This document shows, piece by piece, positions 1 through 13,140 of a DNA stretch of 44,890 bases (its first letter is position 1; every line of letters starts with the position of its first letter). The translations under genes were made by a program, and so were the position numbers. Under the pieces are notes generated by a model. It was not told where the DNA came from, ran no database searches, and saw only the letters and a list, made by a program, of their open reading frames with translations. Source of the stretch: Rotaria sp. (taxonomy: Eukaryota); the NCBI GenBank assembly GCA_905330235.1, contig CAJNUA010000046.1, positions 386,707-431,596 of the forward strand, written 5' to 3'.

Positions 1-220
1 AATAAGGGGTAGAGACATGAAACTTTGGGGTAATATTCACCTACTTACAAGGGATAAGATACCAGAGTTTGAGCATTTTTGAGTTTACTATAAGGAAGAA
101 CGAACAATTTTTCTGAGAGGACTCAAGACTTTTGGATCACCCTTTATGTTTATAGTATTGTTCTTAAACTTCAATAAAAATGATTGTGGACAAAGAAACA
201 ATACTTTCATGAGAAATCAC

Positions 221-1064
221 TGACGAGGGAAGGTTATCAACTGATTCACGCCGTTTTCCGTGATATTTTGTCCATATATTGAAGACAGTATTCTAGAAAA
301 ATCTCTAAGAGAATTGGGACCCATAGGCCTTCCTTCAATAGCTATGACTATTGTAATGATTTTTCGAGCTAGTGCAACGTATTTACTGAAAAATCGTAGA
401 ACAGAATTTCAACCTGAAATTTTGCCCATATGGAGTTCTCGTGGTCACTAGAATACTCTAGAAGTTTCAGTGGAAAAGCATGTTTTCTTCTCATGATATT
501 GCACTGGCGTAGCCAGAAATTTTTAAGTAAAGAGCAATTGTCTAGTTAAACTGTTTTGAGGACTAAGTAGCGATGGCCTATTGTCATCATCTCAAAAAAT
601 CTGTGAGCAATAACTTTTGCAGCACTGACTAACTGTGCTCAGTTCACAAAATCCGCGAGCAGTAAATCTTGGAGCTGTGAGCAATTGCCCAATGACCCAC
701 GGTTGGCTACGCCACTGATGTTGAGTTATTAAGAAACTCAATCTTTTTGCAGCTTATAAATTATGAGACAATTTTTTTGAAGATCAATAACTCGAGAAGC
801 AAGCGTGCCTTTCCATCGAAACTTCTAGAGTATTCTAGTGACCACAAGGACCCCATATAGGCAAAATTTGAGGCTGAAATTCTGTTGTTCGATTTTTCTG
901 TAAATATGTTGCGCTAGCTCGAAAAATCAGTAAAGTAGCCATAGCTACCGAAGGAAGACCTATGGATCCAAGTGCTCTTAGCGATTTTTTTAGAATACTG
1001 TCTCCAAGATATGGACAAAATATCACGAAACACGGCGCCGATCAGTTGGAGACCTTCCCTCGTG
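221..1064. repeat. Large diverged inverted repeat / foldback structure: arms ~221-470 and ~818-1064 (~87% identical), separated by a ~345-bp loop that itself contains short inverted motifs
   Basis: Arm 241-470 is the reverse complement of 818-1045: ctgattcacgccgttttccgtgatattttgtccatat... matches rc ctgatcggcgccgtgtttcgtgatattttgtccatat. The mirrored 63-aa ORFs 260..451 (+) and 835..1026 (-) are a consequence of the inverted repeat, not independent genes. Confidence 0.8.
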
Positions 1065-4000
1065 AGTAGTATTATCAAGACTTCTTCATAGATGATTGAT
1101 TTAATGCTTGTTATTATGATAATTTTGGAAATGTTTACGAAAAAGAAACTTATTCATATCATGAAATCCAAAAGTCGAGCATGTGATAATTCTTTTTCAT
1201 TTATTTTTACGAAAGAACAATTACAACTACAGAAGTTTGCTATATCATTCAATAAATCATTACTTATTTTTCAAGTAATATTTAGTTTTTCAAGACATCC
1301 AATTGTTAGATTTATACACGATGTTACATAAGTTTTGAAGCTTGATAAAATAATTTTATATTCAAACAATGAATGATCTGTAACTGAATCTATCTATACA
1401 AGACTTGAATATTCATATTCATCTTTCGAATCACACATTACTGATTGACATATTCTCCGATGATAATAGTAATATGAATATAAGAATATGATTAACGGTT
1501 TTTTTAAACTAAGCAATAAAATTTTTCTTGTTTTAAAAACAAGACAAATACTATATTTAATAGATACACATATTAAGTAAACAACAGAAAAAAAATTATT
1601 TCAGTAGCACGTATTTGTTCTCCTCTACTACTTTTACTTTTCGAAGTCTCTAAAGAATTTTATCAATTATATTTGCATAATCATTACAAGTTATTTGTCT
1701 CGATTTTTCTGCAACCAAGTTTTTATCTATGCAAAGCTTGAAAATTATTCTGTTCGGTACTTTTTTTAATGCACTTCTCAAACATTTTCAATGGTTTATA
1801 TACTGAATAGATAGTTTCAAATAAGAAAAAAAAAGTAAGAAGAGTGTCTATGACATTGAAATCTTTCGTTCTGCATACGGTGTGATCGTGTATTTTTAGT
1901 TCATTTTAGAATGTTTTCTCCAAAATATAGTATGCGTCACTGTTCATGTACCAAATAGCTCATGAAAAGTCTTAAATACACGGTAACAAGCACTTATTGG
2001 CTCCTATCATGACTTATTTCATGTCAAATGTTTTCGAGGCTTTATTTAAAAAGTCTGAAAAGTCATTTTTTAGATCGTGTCGAAAAATTAATCATTATAT
2101 TGTTACATTTGTATTGCTATTACATATAACCAGTATTATGAATTGAGTACTAGAGTTTTTAATTTTATGTGAAGTATCGTTCCAGTATTGAGAAAAAAAA
2201 ATTTAACACAGTAATTCTATGTACTTCTTCAGAAGTAGATAAGTGAAACTCAAATAAGATGAACCTTTTGTCTATTTCAAATAAATTACATATTTTTATG
2301 CAGCATATGCTAATAAAGGAGTTATATATATGAAGATACCAATAACTTTATCAAAACCTTGTCTTGCACTTTTTTTTAGAGATTCATTACCTGAAGCAAC
2401 AAGAAATTCTAACAAAAAGCTCAGTATGTTCTATTTAACTATTGTGGCTCTCATCTAGATCAATATGTTAGCTTCACATGTAAAAAAATTTCCATTTAAA
2501 TACACATGTATTCCGTCTAACAGAGAATAGTTTCAAGGACATGTTTCACTTTAATGAATTCATTGGTGTACTTTGAGATATCTGAAGTAAAACAAGCACG
2601 TATGACTACGTCTATACCCAGTAATTTGCACAGCTCATTTATAATAGAATTTTTCTCGTGACGATTACTTCAAGAAAACATTTTGTTTAACAACATTTTC
2701 ATTTCTCTTAAAAATGTCGAGTATAAACAACAGTTCAAGTTATGATATACCTTCGATCGATGTCGATCAACAACTATTTTACTTGTGACAATTTTGAGTG
2801 TTTCTTCTTCTAATTCTTCCATCAATTATGTGTTCATTGTTTGGTTTATATGATTTTCTTTTGGATCGAGCCATCTACGAAGCTCTCCATAATCATGTTA
2901 TAATTATTCTTTTTGTTATTGATCTTTTTTACGAATGTACTGATATCTTTTGGTTTATTTATTATTTCCATAACTTGAAACCTCTTTCCACCAACATTGA
3001 CTTTTCGTCTTATTTGAGGATATATTAACTGGACATTCTTTTTTCTATTCAATTTTCACTATATGCTTGGGTTACAATCGAAAGACATATTCTTATCTTT
3101 CATCATCAATTATTATCTACCAGAAAGAAACGTATTTTAGTTCATTATCTGCCACCAGTTATCATAACTATCTATGATCTACTCTTATGTGATAATAGTT
3201 TTTGCCCCACTATGTGCGCATAATTTCGATAATATAACTATACCTAGTTTCTTTTCTTGTATCTTTCAAAACAATGCAATATTTCTGTATGACACCATAT
3301 TTCATGAAATACTACCTACTCTCATCGTTGTTATTTTAAGTGATATTCTTCTGATACGTGTTTTTGTGACAAAAGTATCAGATGCAATGACAGATGAACT
3401 GGAGATAATATCGAAAGATGGCAGTTCAAGTATGATTTATTTCATCTATTTGTCTAATTTTTCCTTTTCTTTATATACTCGTACCATTGCTTCAGCTATG
3501 TGGCGTGGCATGTTATATTATATTGCAGCTGAGTTTTTATCACGTACAGGATTCTTCACTTATTACACTTTACTTCTATTTCCAATAGTTGTCATTGAAT
3601 CATTAGAAGAGCTAAAACAGAAACTCATGAAAACTCTACAGTTTCAATGACAAAGACGTATTGTTCATCGGATGATTAACTTGGTGGCTGTACATTTTGC
3701 AAATAATCGTGTAGTTGTTCATTAAGAAATATGACACAATTGATGGATACATCTTTTGATTTAAAATAAACTTATTTCGTATCAGTAGTATTTTTAAAAC
3801 GTTTAAATTATAGAGGAATCAGTGTATTTTTTTTTAGAACAAAAGATGTGAATGCTGAGTAAGATGTTTATGAAGTTGAATTTTCATTCTAAAAAATCAA
3901 GACAAATCTTGATTCAATATTCTTGTGCATTATCTGATTTATTAATTTCACTCTTGAATAACACATATTAACAAAGCACGAACTATTAGAATATTGTGTT

Positions 4001-4137
4001 TATGATAATGCATTATCCAAAAAGTCATGACAAAAATAACAAGTATCCGTAAACACTACAGACACATACGGATACTAATTCTCAACTATGGTGTTTCGAC
4101 ATTTCGTTGGAAAAACTTGTTTCGAGCGAACATGGAC

Positions 4138-4152
4138 ACACACACACACATC
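4138..4152. repeat. (AC)n microsatellite
   Basis: acacacacacacac. Confidence 0.8.
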
Positions 4153-7100
4153 CGTAGGTATTCAGAGACATCGATTCTGTTCTGTGACTTTCAATTTCTA
4201 CCAAACATTCATTTGCGCTTGGATATGGACACCTACGACAACATACGGTAATCTAGATTATTAAATATGAGAGAATTTTGCTGAAGGAAACCTAAACTAA
4301 CACAATGAATGAATAATGATTCTTGGATATGTGCAAGATTTACATTTCACATGGATAGTGTCATTCGCATGACCAAGCACTCTATTGACTTTGACGTATA
4401 TCGCTAAGCTGAAAAAATAGTCTTGAATATTGACTGATGTTTAGAAATGTGCCACAAGGTAGTTTGAGGTTTTCACTACTATCATTCACGCTTCAGTCAA
4501 ATTCTGACAAAACTTTCGATAAGCTGCGACATGATCTATCGAATCTTACATTTGTCGAGAATTCAAACCGAGTTATGTTAAGAAAACTTTTCTGAAACCT
4601 GTTTCAGATAAGTTCGATGTATGAGAACATTTTAAAATAGAAAATTGTGCTTTCACATCATTATTTAAAAAGGCTTATAAGTTGGAGCGACGTGAGTGGA
4701 GATTTAACATTTTATCATATTCACTTGCCAAGTTTGCACTCATTAGAATAAGTGGAGAGAAAAATGTAGATAATGAAAAGAAAAGGACTCAAAACAGAGA
4801 ACCAACACATCTCTGTAGTTTTTGCTGACGCATGTAAGAATTCCATGCCCTAAATATAGTATTGTCAAAGTTTCAGCGAAGTGTATATCATCGTTTTGGA
4901 GACTTCAAACCCTCTTGTCGCGCAATGCCAAGCATCAGTGTATATTCAAGGTAATTTTTTAAATCCAACAATAAAAATCAAATTAACACAGTACTTGGTC
5001 ATCAGCATGAAGGTATCCATGAAAGATGTAATGCTCAAACTCATTCAAGAACCATTATTCACTATGTTGTTGTAGATTACTATCACCTAAATTCTTTCAC
5101 ATCTGACAATCTAGGTAGCCATGGTTTTTTCTAAGTGTTCATATTCAAGCCCAAATGAATGTTCGGCAGGAAAAGAAAATCACAGTATAGAATCGATGTC
5201 TCTGAATATCTAGAGGTACTCATAGATGTTCACAGTTTTTACAGGTACTGCAATAAAAAAAACGCCGATCATCGGTGAACAATTTAGTTTATTACTAAAA
5301 GAACCTTATAAAAGCGTTTATTGTCACTGTTATCTATCGATTTTGCTTTTGATCTCTTTTGATTTGCTAATGATCGCGTATTTCCATATAAAAAGACAGG
5401 GACATGTGAAAAGAAGAACATGTTAGAGTGACGTAAAATGTCACTGTGACACAAAGATTGTCATTAAAAAAAGAATATAATCAAGTGAAATTTTGAAACC
5501 ATGTAAAAACATATTTTTATCAAATTTGTTCTAATCAAACAAAAACAATTTTTGGTTAGAATGTTTATAAAAATCCAAGGAATGTTACATGTGTATAAAA
5601 CAAAATATGTACTTTTAAGGAGAAGAGAAGATATCATGAATATGCAATTTATCAAACTTAATATCAAATATTTCTATTCAAGAGAATTTTACTATTAAAA
5701 TATATCTCTCGTCAAAAATATTCAATAAATTAGTTCAGATTATATATTAGAGGGACTAATATGCTTATGTTGAGTGAAGTTTAAGGCATGTTTGCTAGCT
5801 CTGCTAATAAAAAATGTTGACAAACAGCTATGAATTCTGCTATTTTCCCCACACCATGTATCGTTATTCGTTTATAATAGTCATATTATACTTATCTAGT
5901 TGACGCTATGATTAGTGACCTGATGAGAAAAAGCGAGTGATTTAGTGCTTCCGTAACATTTTTCGAAGCAGTAATTAGCATAACTCAAATTATTTTTTCT
6001 CATTATGAAGGTCACAAACAGTATTTTTCTTTTGATAGACCATGTAACAATAATACTGTATTCATTTTGTCCATTTTAAATCATCAATGAAAGTAGATGG
6101 CGTGCTAATACTATAAATAAATATTGAACTAACATACGGAACAGTCATGGAAACTCATTTTAAAATTTTCAATAACATTATTAGAGTTATTGGATCTCTA
6201 TTGGGAACTGTAGATGTTTTAGAAAGTAGTCTTATATTTGCAATTGCTATCTAGATCATTCTCTTCATTAGTAGATCGAGATATTGATTGATGTGAATAT
6301 AAAAATAATGTTTATATGATTTTCGATTGTCGTCATAGGTGTTAACAATTCTTTTCAATAGGTCCAAGAACTATCTTGTAAATATTTATCTAAAAAGCTA
6401 ACAACAATTTTTTCAATTATATTTCTTATAATTAAGTCATAGGAAATGTGGAGTATTTTTCATACGTATAAATCTCTTCTCGTGCTTTTTATGACATAAT
6501 TGTTACAATATATGTTTAACTTTCTTGTTACGTAAAATGAAAAGAAAACGAGTAAATCAAACTTTAGTTTACAAATATATAAACAAAATAATTGAGAGAA
6601 ATAATTTTCCCTCTTTTGTCATTCTATGTGAAACAATTTTCTTTATTAAAAAAATATCCTTTTGATAGAAAGCTTTCTTCTTTTATCGACTTATTCTTAT
6701 AATGAAATTCGTCTCTAATGATCTTTTTTTCAAAATATTTTACCTATGAAACCAATTGTATTAGTGTTCAATGGTCAAAATCAATCAAGCAATCAAAGAT
6801 AATGTGATATTATTAAAACCAATGAAACATACTCTTCTCAATAAATGAATAACCATAAACAATATGTGTTCAAAATATACCCACTGGAATTCATTATAGC
6901 CACCAAAACAAGTCTATTGATTCGAGTTAAATAGAAACAAGACGTTTGGAAACAGTGTATGATAATTAATTTATCCCTGAAATATTATTAATTTTAGATA
7001 GTTTTCTTTGATAAAAATGATGATTAACAGACCAAACAAGCGTGAATGTACGTATGACGTGAAGATATTAATTACATCGACATCCACACTCACTTACTTC

Positions 7101-9489
7101 GTTGACTTTATTTTGTGTTACTAGTTTATGAGTAGATATTCTATTTTGTTGAAAATAAAATTTTATAGGTGAAAATTAAATTTTTCTTTAATGTAACATA
7201 TGAATCGATTCGAGATTAGTCTAGGTGAATCTGAGATTGAACGCTAACATATATATGAATAGTATAACAGTTGACACTTATATTCCAAGTAAAATTTTGC
7301 TACGAAGATACAAAGTACCGATACACTTTCTGAGATTTTTAAAATACATTAATGAACAATATTTGTTAATAGGTCATTCGATGCGTTGTCGGGTACATAC
7401 TCTAATTAAGCGTATAATATATTGCATTATGTCAATGGTCAGGTGACTATCCTTATTTTAACGCTATTAAGCTAGTATAGAATATTATTTGAAAAAAAAA
7501 AGTCAAAAGTCATAACATGAACTAAGAAATGCGATCGATAAAGCATCAAATAATCTATTCACAAATATTATTCAAGAATGTATTTAAAAAATATTCAGAA
7601 AGTGTATCAGCACTTTGTATCTACATATTCAGTTTTTTCTTATATTATTAGCGTCTACTCATTTACTATTTATATATATATATGTACATAAATTTGTTCT
7701 AACTATAATATATATTTTATATCAACAATACAGTTTGAATGTATTTTGTTTTTAGTAGTACATTCAAATAAATATTGAAAAATTTTAAAAAATACTTTAA
7801 GACTGAATCATATAATAATCGTTGGTCAGAAGAAGAAAGAAATTCGAAAAAGAATGAAATCTATATCGAAACGGAATTATTTTCTCTATATTTCGATCTT
7901 TTGTGAAAATTCAATAATTCGATAACGAAATAGTTTGATAGGCCAAATTTCTCAGGCTATGTTTCCAGACGTTGACAAGTTAAATGGACATAAATTATTG
8001 AGATTTATTGCCAGGACGCTAAGATTATTAAAATATCCGCACAATAACAAGATTACGTATTTTTCAGAAAGCAATATATCGTACTAATTCGATTCTTTCG
8101 TCACTTGAATTAGTCTTAATTATGATCAATTATATTCCATAGATAAAATGTATCAATGACTATAAGAATATGTATAAAATATTGATAAATATTGGTTGCA
8201 TAATCTGACACACAATACAATACAATACAATGGAGGAACATGGTATAGCGATTAGTATTAAACTCAAATAATCGTCTGAAAATGAAACACTCTTTGAAAA
8301 ATGATCTTCGTTAAATCAAAATATTTTCCAGAGTGAGAATACTACTATATAGATACATCAAATTTGAAGTCAACAGTCACTTTTAAGGAGAGATCTTTTG
8401 TTCGATTTTCCGATCCGAATAAATCGTTTCAACATTGGTTTCATATTTAATGAATTTATTATTTCTGTAGTTACGCCAGAATATTCTCAAAATAAAAATA
8501 TTTCTGTCTAGTAGAAGATTTTCCCTAACAATATTTATTGCAAAAAAAATCATCTAACAACTGAATTCTAAAAGAACGAAAAGAATATTAGAAAAAAGGA
8601 ATAAGTTTATTTTTGGATCATCTTATATTCTGCTCATTTTACGTCTTTGCTATTCTTTTTTTTCATTCGTTATATTGCTGTTTTTTGTATTTCGCCCTAT
8701 TACCTTAGTAAAATGACATCAGTTAACCAATATCAACTGGTTTTGGATGCATATGATTCAAAAAATTTATAATCATCATTATTTATTTTCTTCTATCATT
8801 CAATTTCGAAATGAAGGTTTTTTCTTACGAAAGATTCTTGTCACTTTTCCGATTTGCAATGTATTTACATACATATATTTGATCATTTTAACGTTAATGG
8901 TGAGATAAATGAAAGAGACGCTGCAGTGATCAACGATGATGATCATTATCGGATAGAATATATAACCTTTTTTTGTAACATATTCATTCCAAAAAATTTC
9001 AGCATTTATACTACTTATAGAAATTCAGTTGATTGAAATAATGTTTTAAACAGAAAATGATAAAGAAATATTTTGAAAATAAGATATATATATATACACA
9101 TACAGATAAACTAAAGTCCTTTTTTGATAATCATGTGATTATTAAACAAAAAAATTGTTCAGTCTTATAAATGACCTTTTCAACGCATCATCTACATACA
9201 ATTTTCGATTTTTTAATGTTTTATAACAAACGCATGTCAAGAATTTTTACAACTAATAAAAAAAATAGACTACAAAAAAATCTTCTTAGAATCTTATTCA
9301 TCAGTATAGCATTTTCTTATATTAAACTAAACTTTTGATTACTTTTTAGTGATATAAGTTTTGTATTCGTTTAATTTCAAACTAAATAAAACAAAGAATC
9401 TCATTTTCCGGCTTTTATACGCTCGACAGAACGTTCATATGACAAGTTTGTCAAGCAAGATATAAATTGAAATATCGTCAACTTGTCAT

Positions 9490-9507
9490 GGTGTGTGTGT
9501 GTGTGTT
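9490..9507. repeat. (GT)n microsatellite
   Basis: gtgtgtgtgtgtgtgtg. Confidence 0.8.
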
Positions 9508-10192
9508 ATTCTTTGTATACGAATAATACAAATCATTGAAAAAAGATGCCGATTGGCTTCTTGCATGTCCCTTGATATATATCATTTTGTTTCATTTATT
9601 TTGTGATTGAAGTTTATTATCATAGTTTGAAGGATTCTTCTGAAATAGTTCAATTTCAAATCAATAGTGTTATATAAGAAATAAATGAATTGTTTTACTA
9701 TCAATAAATGTTTTTTTTGTCATTTCAACAGACATGACGAAGGCCAATAATTCGAGTTTCGATTACAATATTGTCTTGTCTAATCATCTATTGTTATAAT
9801 ATCCTTCTTTAATATTGTTTTAGTATTTAGACAATCGTCGAATACATTTTTTTCCTTCATTTCGTCTATCCTTATGAAATCATTTATCTCGATATCCCTG
9901 AATTATACTTGCAAGCGTTACTATCGTTGTCCTTCTGATGTCTCCAGTCATATCAGCTTTTTCTTTCTGTTCATTAATATCAAATCAAAAAGAAAAAATG
10001 ACGCAATATAGACAGAGAAAGAAGAAAAAATGAGCGAGTCCAACCCACCGTTCAGGTAAATGAAGTAGAGGCGTGCCATTGATCACGACTCATAGTACTA
10101 CCCACCATCTTTCTTCATCAATGCGCCTGTTCACCATCATTCAATGGTGAAAGAAAGCCATTAGACTATTAACCGATTCTGTTCGCTCATTC

Positions 10193-10290
10193 AAAAAAAA
10201 AAAAAGAAAAAGAAAGAGGACGAAACAGGGAGGAGAGAAGAGAGAGAGAGCGAAGAGAATGACGGCGAGAAGAAAGAGAGAAGAAAAAAC
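10193..10290. repeat. Polypurine (A/G) tract, poly-A then (GA)n/(GAA)n, ~480 bp upstream of the TGF-beta ATG
   Basis: aaaaaaaaaaaaagaaaaagaaagaggacgaaacagggaggagagaagagagagagagcgaagagaatgacggcgagaagaaagagagaagaaaaaa. Confidence 0.7.
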
Positions 10291-10770
10291 TGCATTCTTC
10301 ATTTATTTATTCATTCATTCATTGATCGTCTTGCCGGTATAATGAACAAGCACGGAAGTAGGTATTCAACAAGAGAATAATTTGTTTTCGATCAATTTTT
10401 AAATTGTTCGTTTTGATCAGGTTTCCATTTTACAAATAAAAAGAAAATTTTCTTCATGATTAAAGACATACATTTAAATAGTAGACATAAGAAACTTTCA
10501 ACCTTGTAAGTTGATAAGTATGGATTGATCTTTTTGAAAAGTAGAGAAGCTTATGAGTAAGTATTGTCATCAAACTGTGATGATCCTTAGCTTAAAATAC
10601 AACTTTCTCATAATGAAAATAAAATTTTTTCTTCTTTTTTTTAATTTCCTTTCGATTAAATCAAATGCATTAGCAAATATTATAGACGTGCTATTTTATT
10701 TTGAACCAAATATTTTCTTTTAACACATTGACTGTTTTGATTTTTAGATGTAATTAAAAGATATTAAAAT

Positions 10771-11044
10771 ATGATCATGTTAACAATTCAGTATTTGATT
10801 ATTTTAATTTGTTTTCAAGTTTGTCATTTATTTGTTCTCCTTGATATTCCATCAAAATCAAATGTATTAAAATATAATGGTGATAAAAAAACATCATCAT
10901 TTCATTTTAAAAATTCATATTATACAATAAGTAATTCAAGTTCATCATCTTTAATTGATTATATGAGAACATTATATGAACAAGAAAAACAAAATGATAT
11001 AAAATCTGATTATAATCTTATACGAGCTCTTGCACCACGTATCG
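10771..11044 (+). CDS. TGF-beta ligand exon 1 (signal peptide + start of prodomain)
   Basis: True ATG at 10771; donor atc g|gtaaga at 11045; phase 1 completed by tt at 12128 (gtt = V). Confidence 0.7.
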
Positions 11045-13140
11045 GTAAGATGATTTTATGAGTTAAATGTGTGTCATATTGGATTAGAATTAAAACAGAA
11101 AAAAAAATGTTGAGTGCTTTTAGACACCCCTATGAGTATGATAATAAATCGATAGATATATATACTTCGTGAAATAAACCAGACGACGAGACACGTTAGT
11201 TTTCGTCATCAGTTCAAAGTAACATGCAATCTATAACAATACATTCAATCATTGAAACTAATTGGTTATAGGAAGCATTGCATTGTTATTAAAAGATTCT
11301 AAATGAATGATTCTTTTTTCTTTGGTTTAGTTATGTCAATCATACACACTTTTTCTTTTTAGAGTTAATTGTCATTTGACGTAATGAATAGGCGGATCAT
11401 TTCTTTTCCGTAGTACATAATGATCAATTGTTGTCTGCTCGTTGACCTATAGTCGCATAATCTTTCTTCTTTTTTCTCGTCATTTCCCATTGAACTATTA
11501 AACAACAAAAACAGATACTCCTGTTTTGTTTAGTTGAAGTAATCTATGTTATAGTAATATAGATAAACAATTATGTATTCCATACAAGTAAATGACCACA
11601 CTCATCTAAGTCAAGTATCATCTTAAGTATGGTCATTGAAGAAAAAAGAAAGAATAACATATTGGACTTTTTTATCAATTGAAACTTGCTTACCGAATAA
11701 AAAAAATGATCAAAGGCACTTCATCTTGATTTATTTTATATTTGATCAATTGTTTGATATAATATGAGCAATCAACTATATGTGCGTCCTTCGTTAAAGA
11801 TCATCTTAGCGATTAATTTTTATTAAAGCTGAATATGATCTTATCACATCTTCTTTATCAAACTCCAGTTCATTGTGACATCTGTCACAAAAAATTTTGC
11901 AAATCTGACATAGTTAATCGATAAATGACTATCTCTTTTATAAGTCTATAGAGAAAAAACATTTTATTTAGATTAAAAAAAATGAAAAGAAAAGAAAAGA
12001 AAAGAAAACCATCATCTGATCGCTTTTCTCACACTATTAATGAATATTTAGTTTTTTGTTAATTGATAAGAAAACTCATCAATAATAAATCAAAGAGTAT
12101 ATTGATAAAAGAAAAGTTTGATTTTAGTTGAAATCGATAATGTTACAATGTACGTCTTTGATTTAAATGTCATTCGTCGTACGGAGAAGATTTATGCTGT
12201 TTCATTACATTTTTATAAACGTCGAACACGTTGGCCAATATCATATTCTTTAAATGAAATTTATTCATCACATCGACTTTCTTCACTTTCTGCTCAAATA
12301 CAATTAGAGCCTGATTCCTATGGTTGGCAATCATTTCCAATAGGTGATGTTATTCAACGTCAAATTAATTATTTAACATTATCGCAAAAATCTGAATATT
12401 TTGGTATAACATTTAAACCAACAGTAACAACAAAAAATCAACGAAGAAATATAATTGAATTAGAAAAATTTAGTGTTTATACACCATTTTTAATTGTTTA
12501 TTCAAATGATTCAAAACATACAAATATTTTTGAAGAATTTATACCAAAAGATTTTGAACAAGATGTCAAATCTTATGAACAATTTGAAACAGAAGTTAAT
12601 AAAAGAAACAGGTTTTTTATTTATTTATTAACAAGAACAAAAACTTTAGAATATAGTTTTTATGTATTAATCATTTTTAGATTGCGACGTTTTATTGAAG
12701 AAAAACAATCAACATTGGATTCAAATACATTTTTATCCAATTGGAATGATTCAATTTCAATTCTTGAACCTGAAACATGTTCAGTAAAACCTTTTGTCGT
12801 TGATTTTTCTGATTTAGGCTTTACTTCATGGATGATTGAACCAAAAAATTTTATGGCTAATTTATGTTCAGGTTCATGTCAAACTAAAGTTAGTTTATTT
12901 ATTCTTGCTAGAAAAAGTGATTTTTAATATATTTTTCTTATTGCTTAGTTAATGACAAATCATGCACTTCTTCAACATTTTCTCCAACGTTTAGGTATTA
13001 GAAATGATATAAATTTACCAAAAGCTGGTTGTGTACCTGAACGTTATTCTTCTTTAACTATGTTTTATAAAAGTTCAGACTATAATTATCTTATCCGTCG
13101 TTTACCTAATATGATTGTCGAAACATGTCATTGTAGATGA
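10771..13140 (+). CDS. TGF-beta/BMP/GDF-family ligand precursor, gene span (4 coding exons: 10771-11044, 12128-12611, 12681-12888, 12949-13140; ~385 aa)
   Basis: N-terminal hydrophobic signal peptide (MIMLTIQYLIILICFQVCHLFVLL), a long prodomain, and a mature domain CSVKPFVVDFSDLGFTSWMIEPKNFMANLCSGSCQTK / LMTNHALLQHFL...AGCVPERYSSLTMFYKSSDYNYLIRRLPNMIVETCHCR* with cystine-knot spacing. Phases are consistent across the GT..AG introns (phase 1, phase 2, phase 0). Confidence 0.8.
12128..12611 (+). CDS. TGF-beta ligand exon 2 (prodomain)
   Basis: Acceptor gattttag|tt at 12127; continuous ORF; ends aac ag|gttttt. Confidence 0.7.
12681..12888 (+). CDS. TGF-beta ligand exon 3 (polybasic furin site KRNRLRR|F + first half of mature domain)
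   Basis: Preceded by a 69-nt AT-rich GT..AG intron (12612-12680) that happens to be in-frame and stop-free. Splicing it creates KRNRLRR immediately before the mature domain. Ends caa act aaa|gttagt. Confidence 0.6.
12949..13140 (+). CDS. TGF-beta ligand exon 4 (second half of mature domain, stop at 13138-13140)
   Basis: Acceptor ttgcttag at 12948; ...GCVPERYSS...ETCHCR*. Confidence 0.8.
   Translation, partial: LMTNHALLQHFLQRLGIRNDINLPKAGCVPERYSSLTMFYKSSDYNYLIRRLPNMIVETCHCR

Noticed and set aside
260-1026. The two similar 63-aa ORFs 260..451 (+) and 835..1026 (-) looked like a duplicated small gene.
   Set aside because: They are the two arms of an inverted repeat read on opposite strands. 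One starts at a GTG, and neither has homology features or splice context. They are an artefact of the repeat, not genes.
12118-12927. The ORF-track entry starting at 12118 with M suggested the TGF-beta gene begins there.
   Set aside because: Position 12118 is TTG, not ATG. The real start with a signal peptide is the ATG at 10771, joined through a phase-1 intron (11045-12127).
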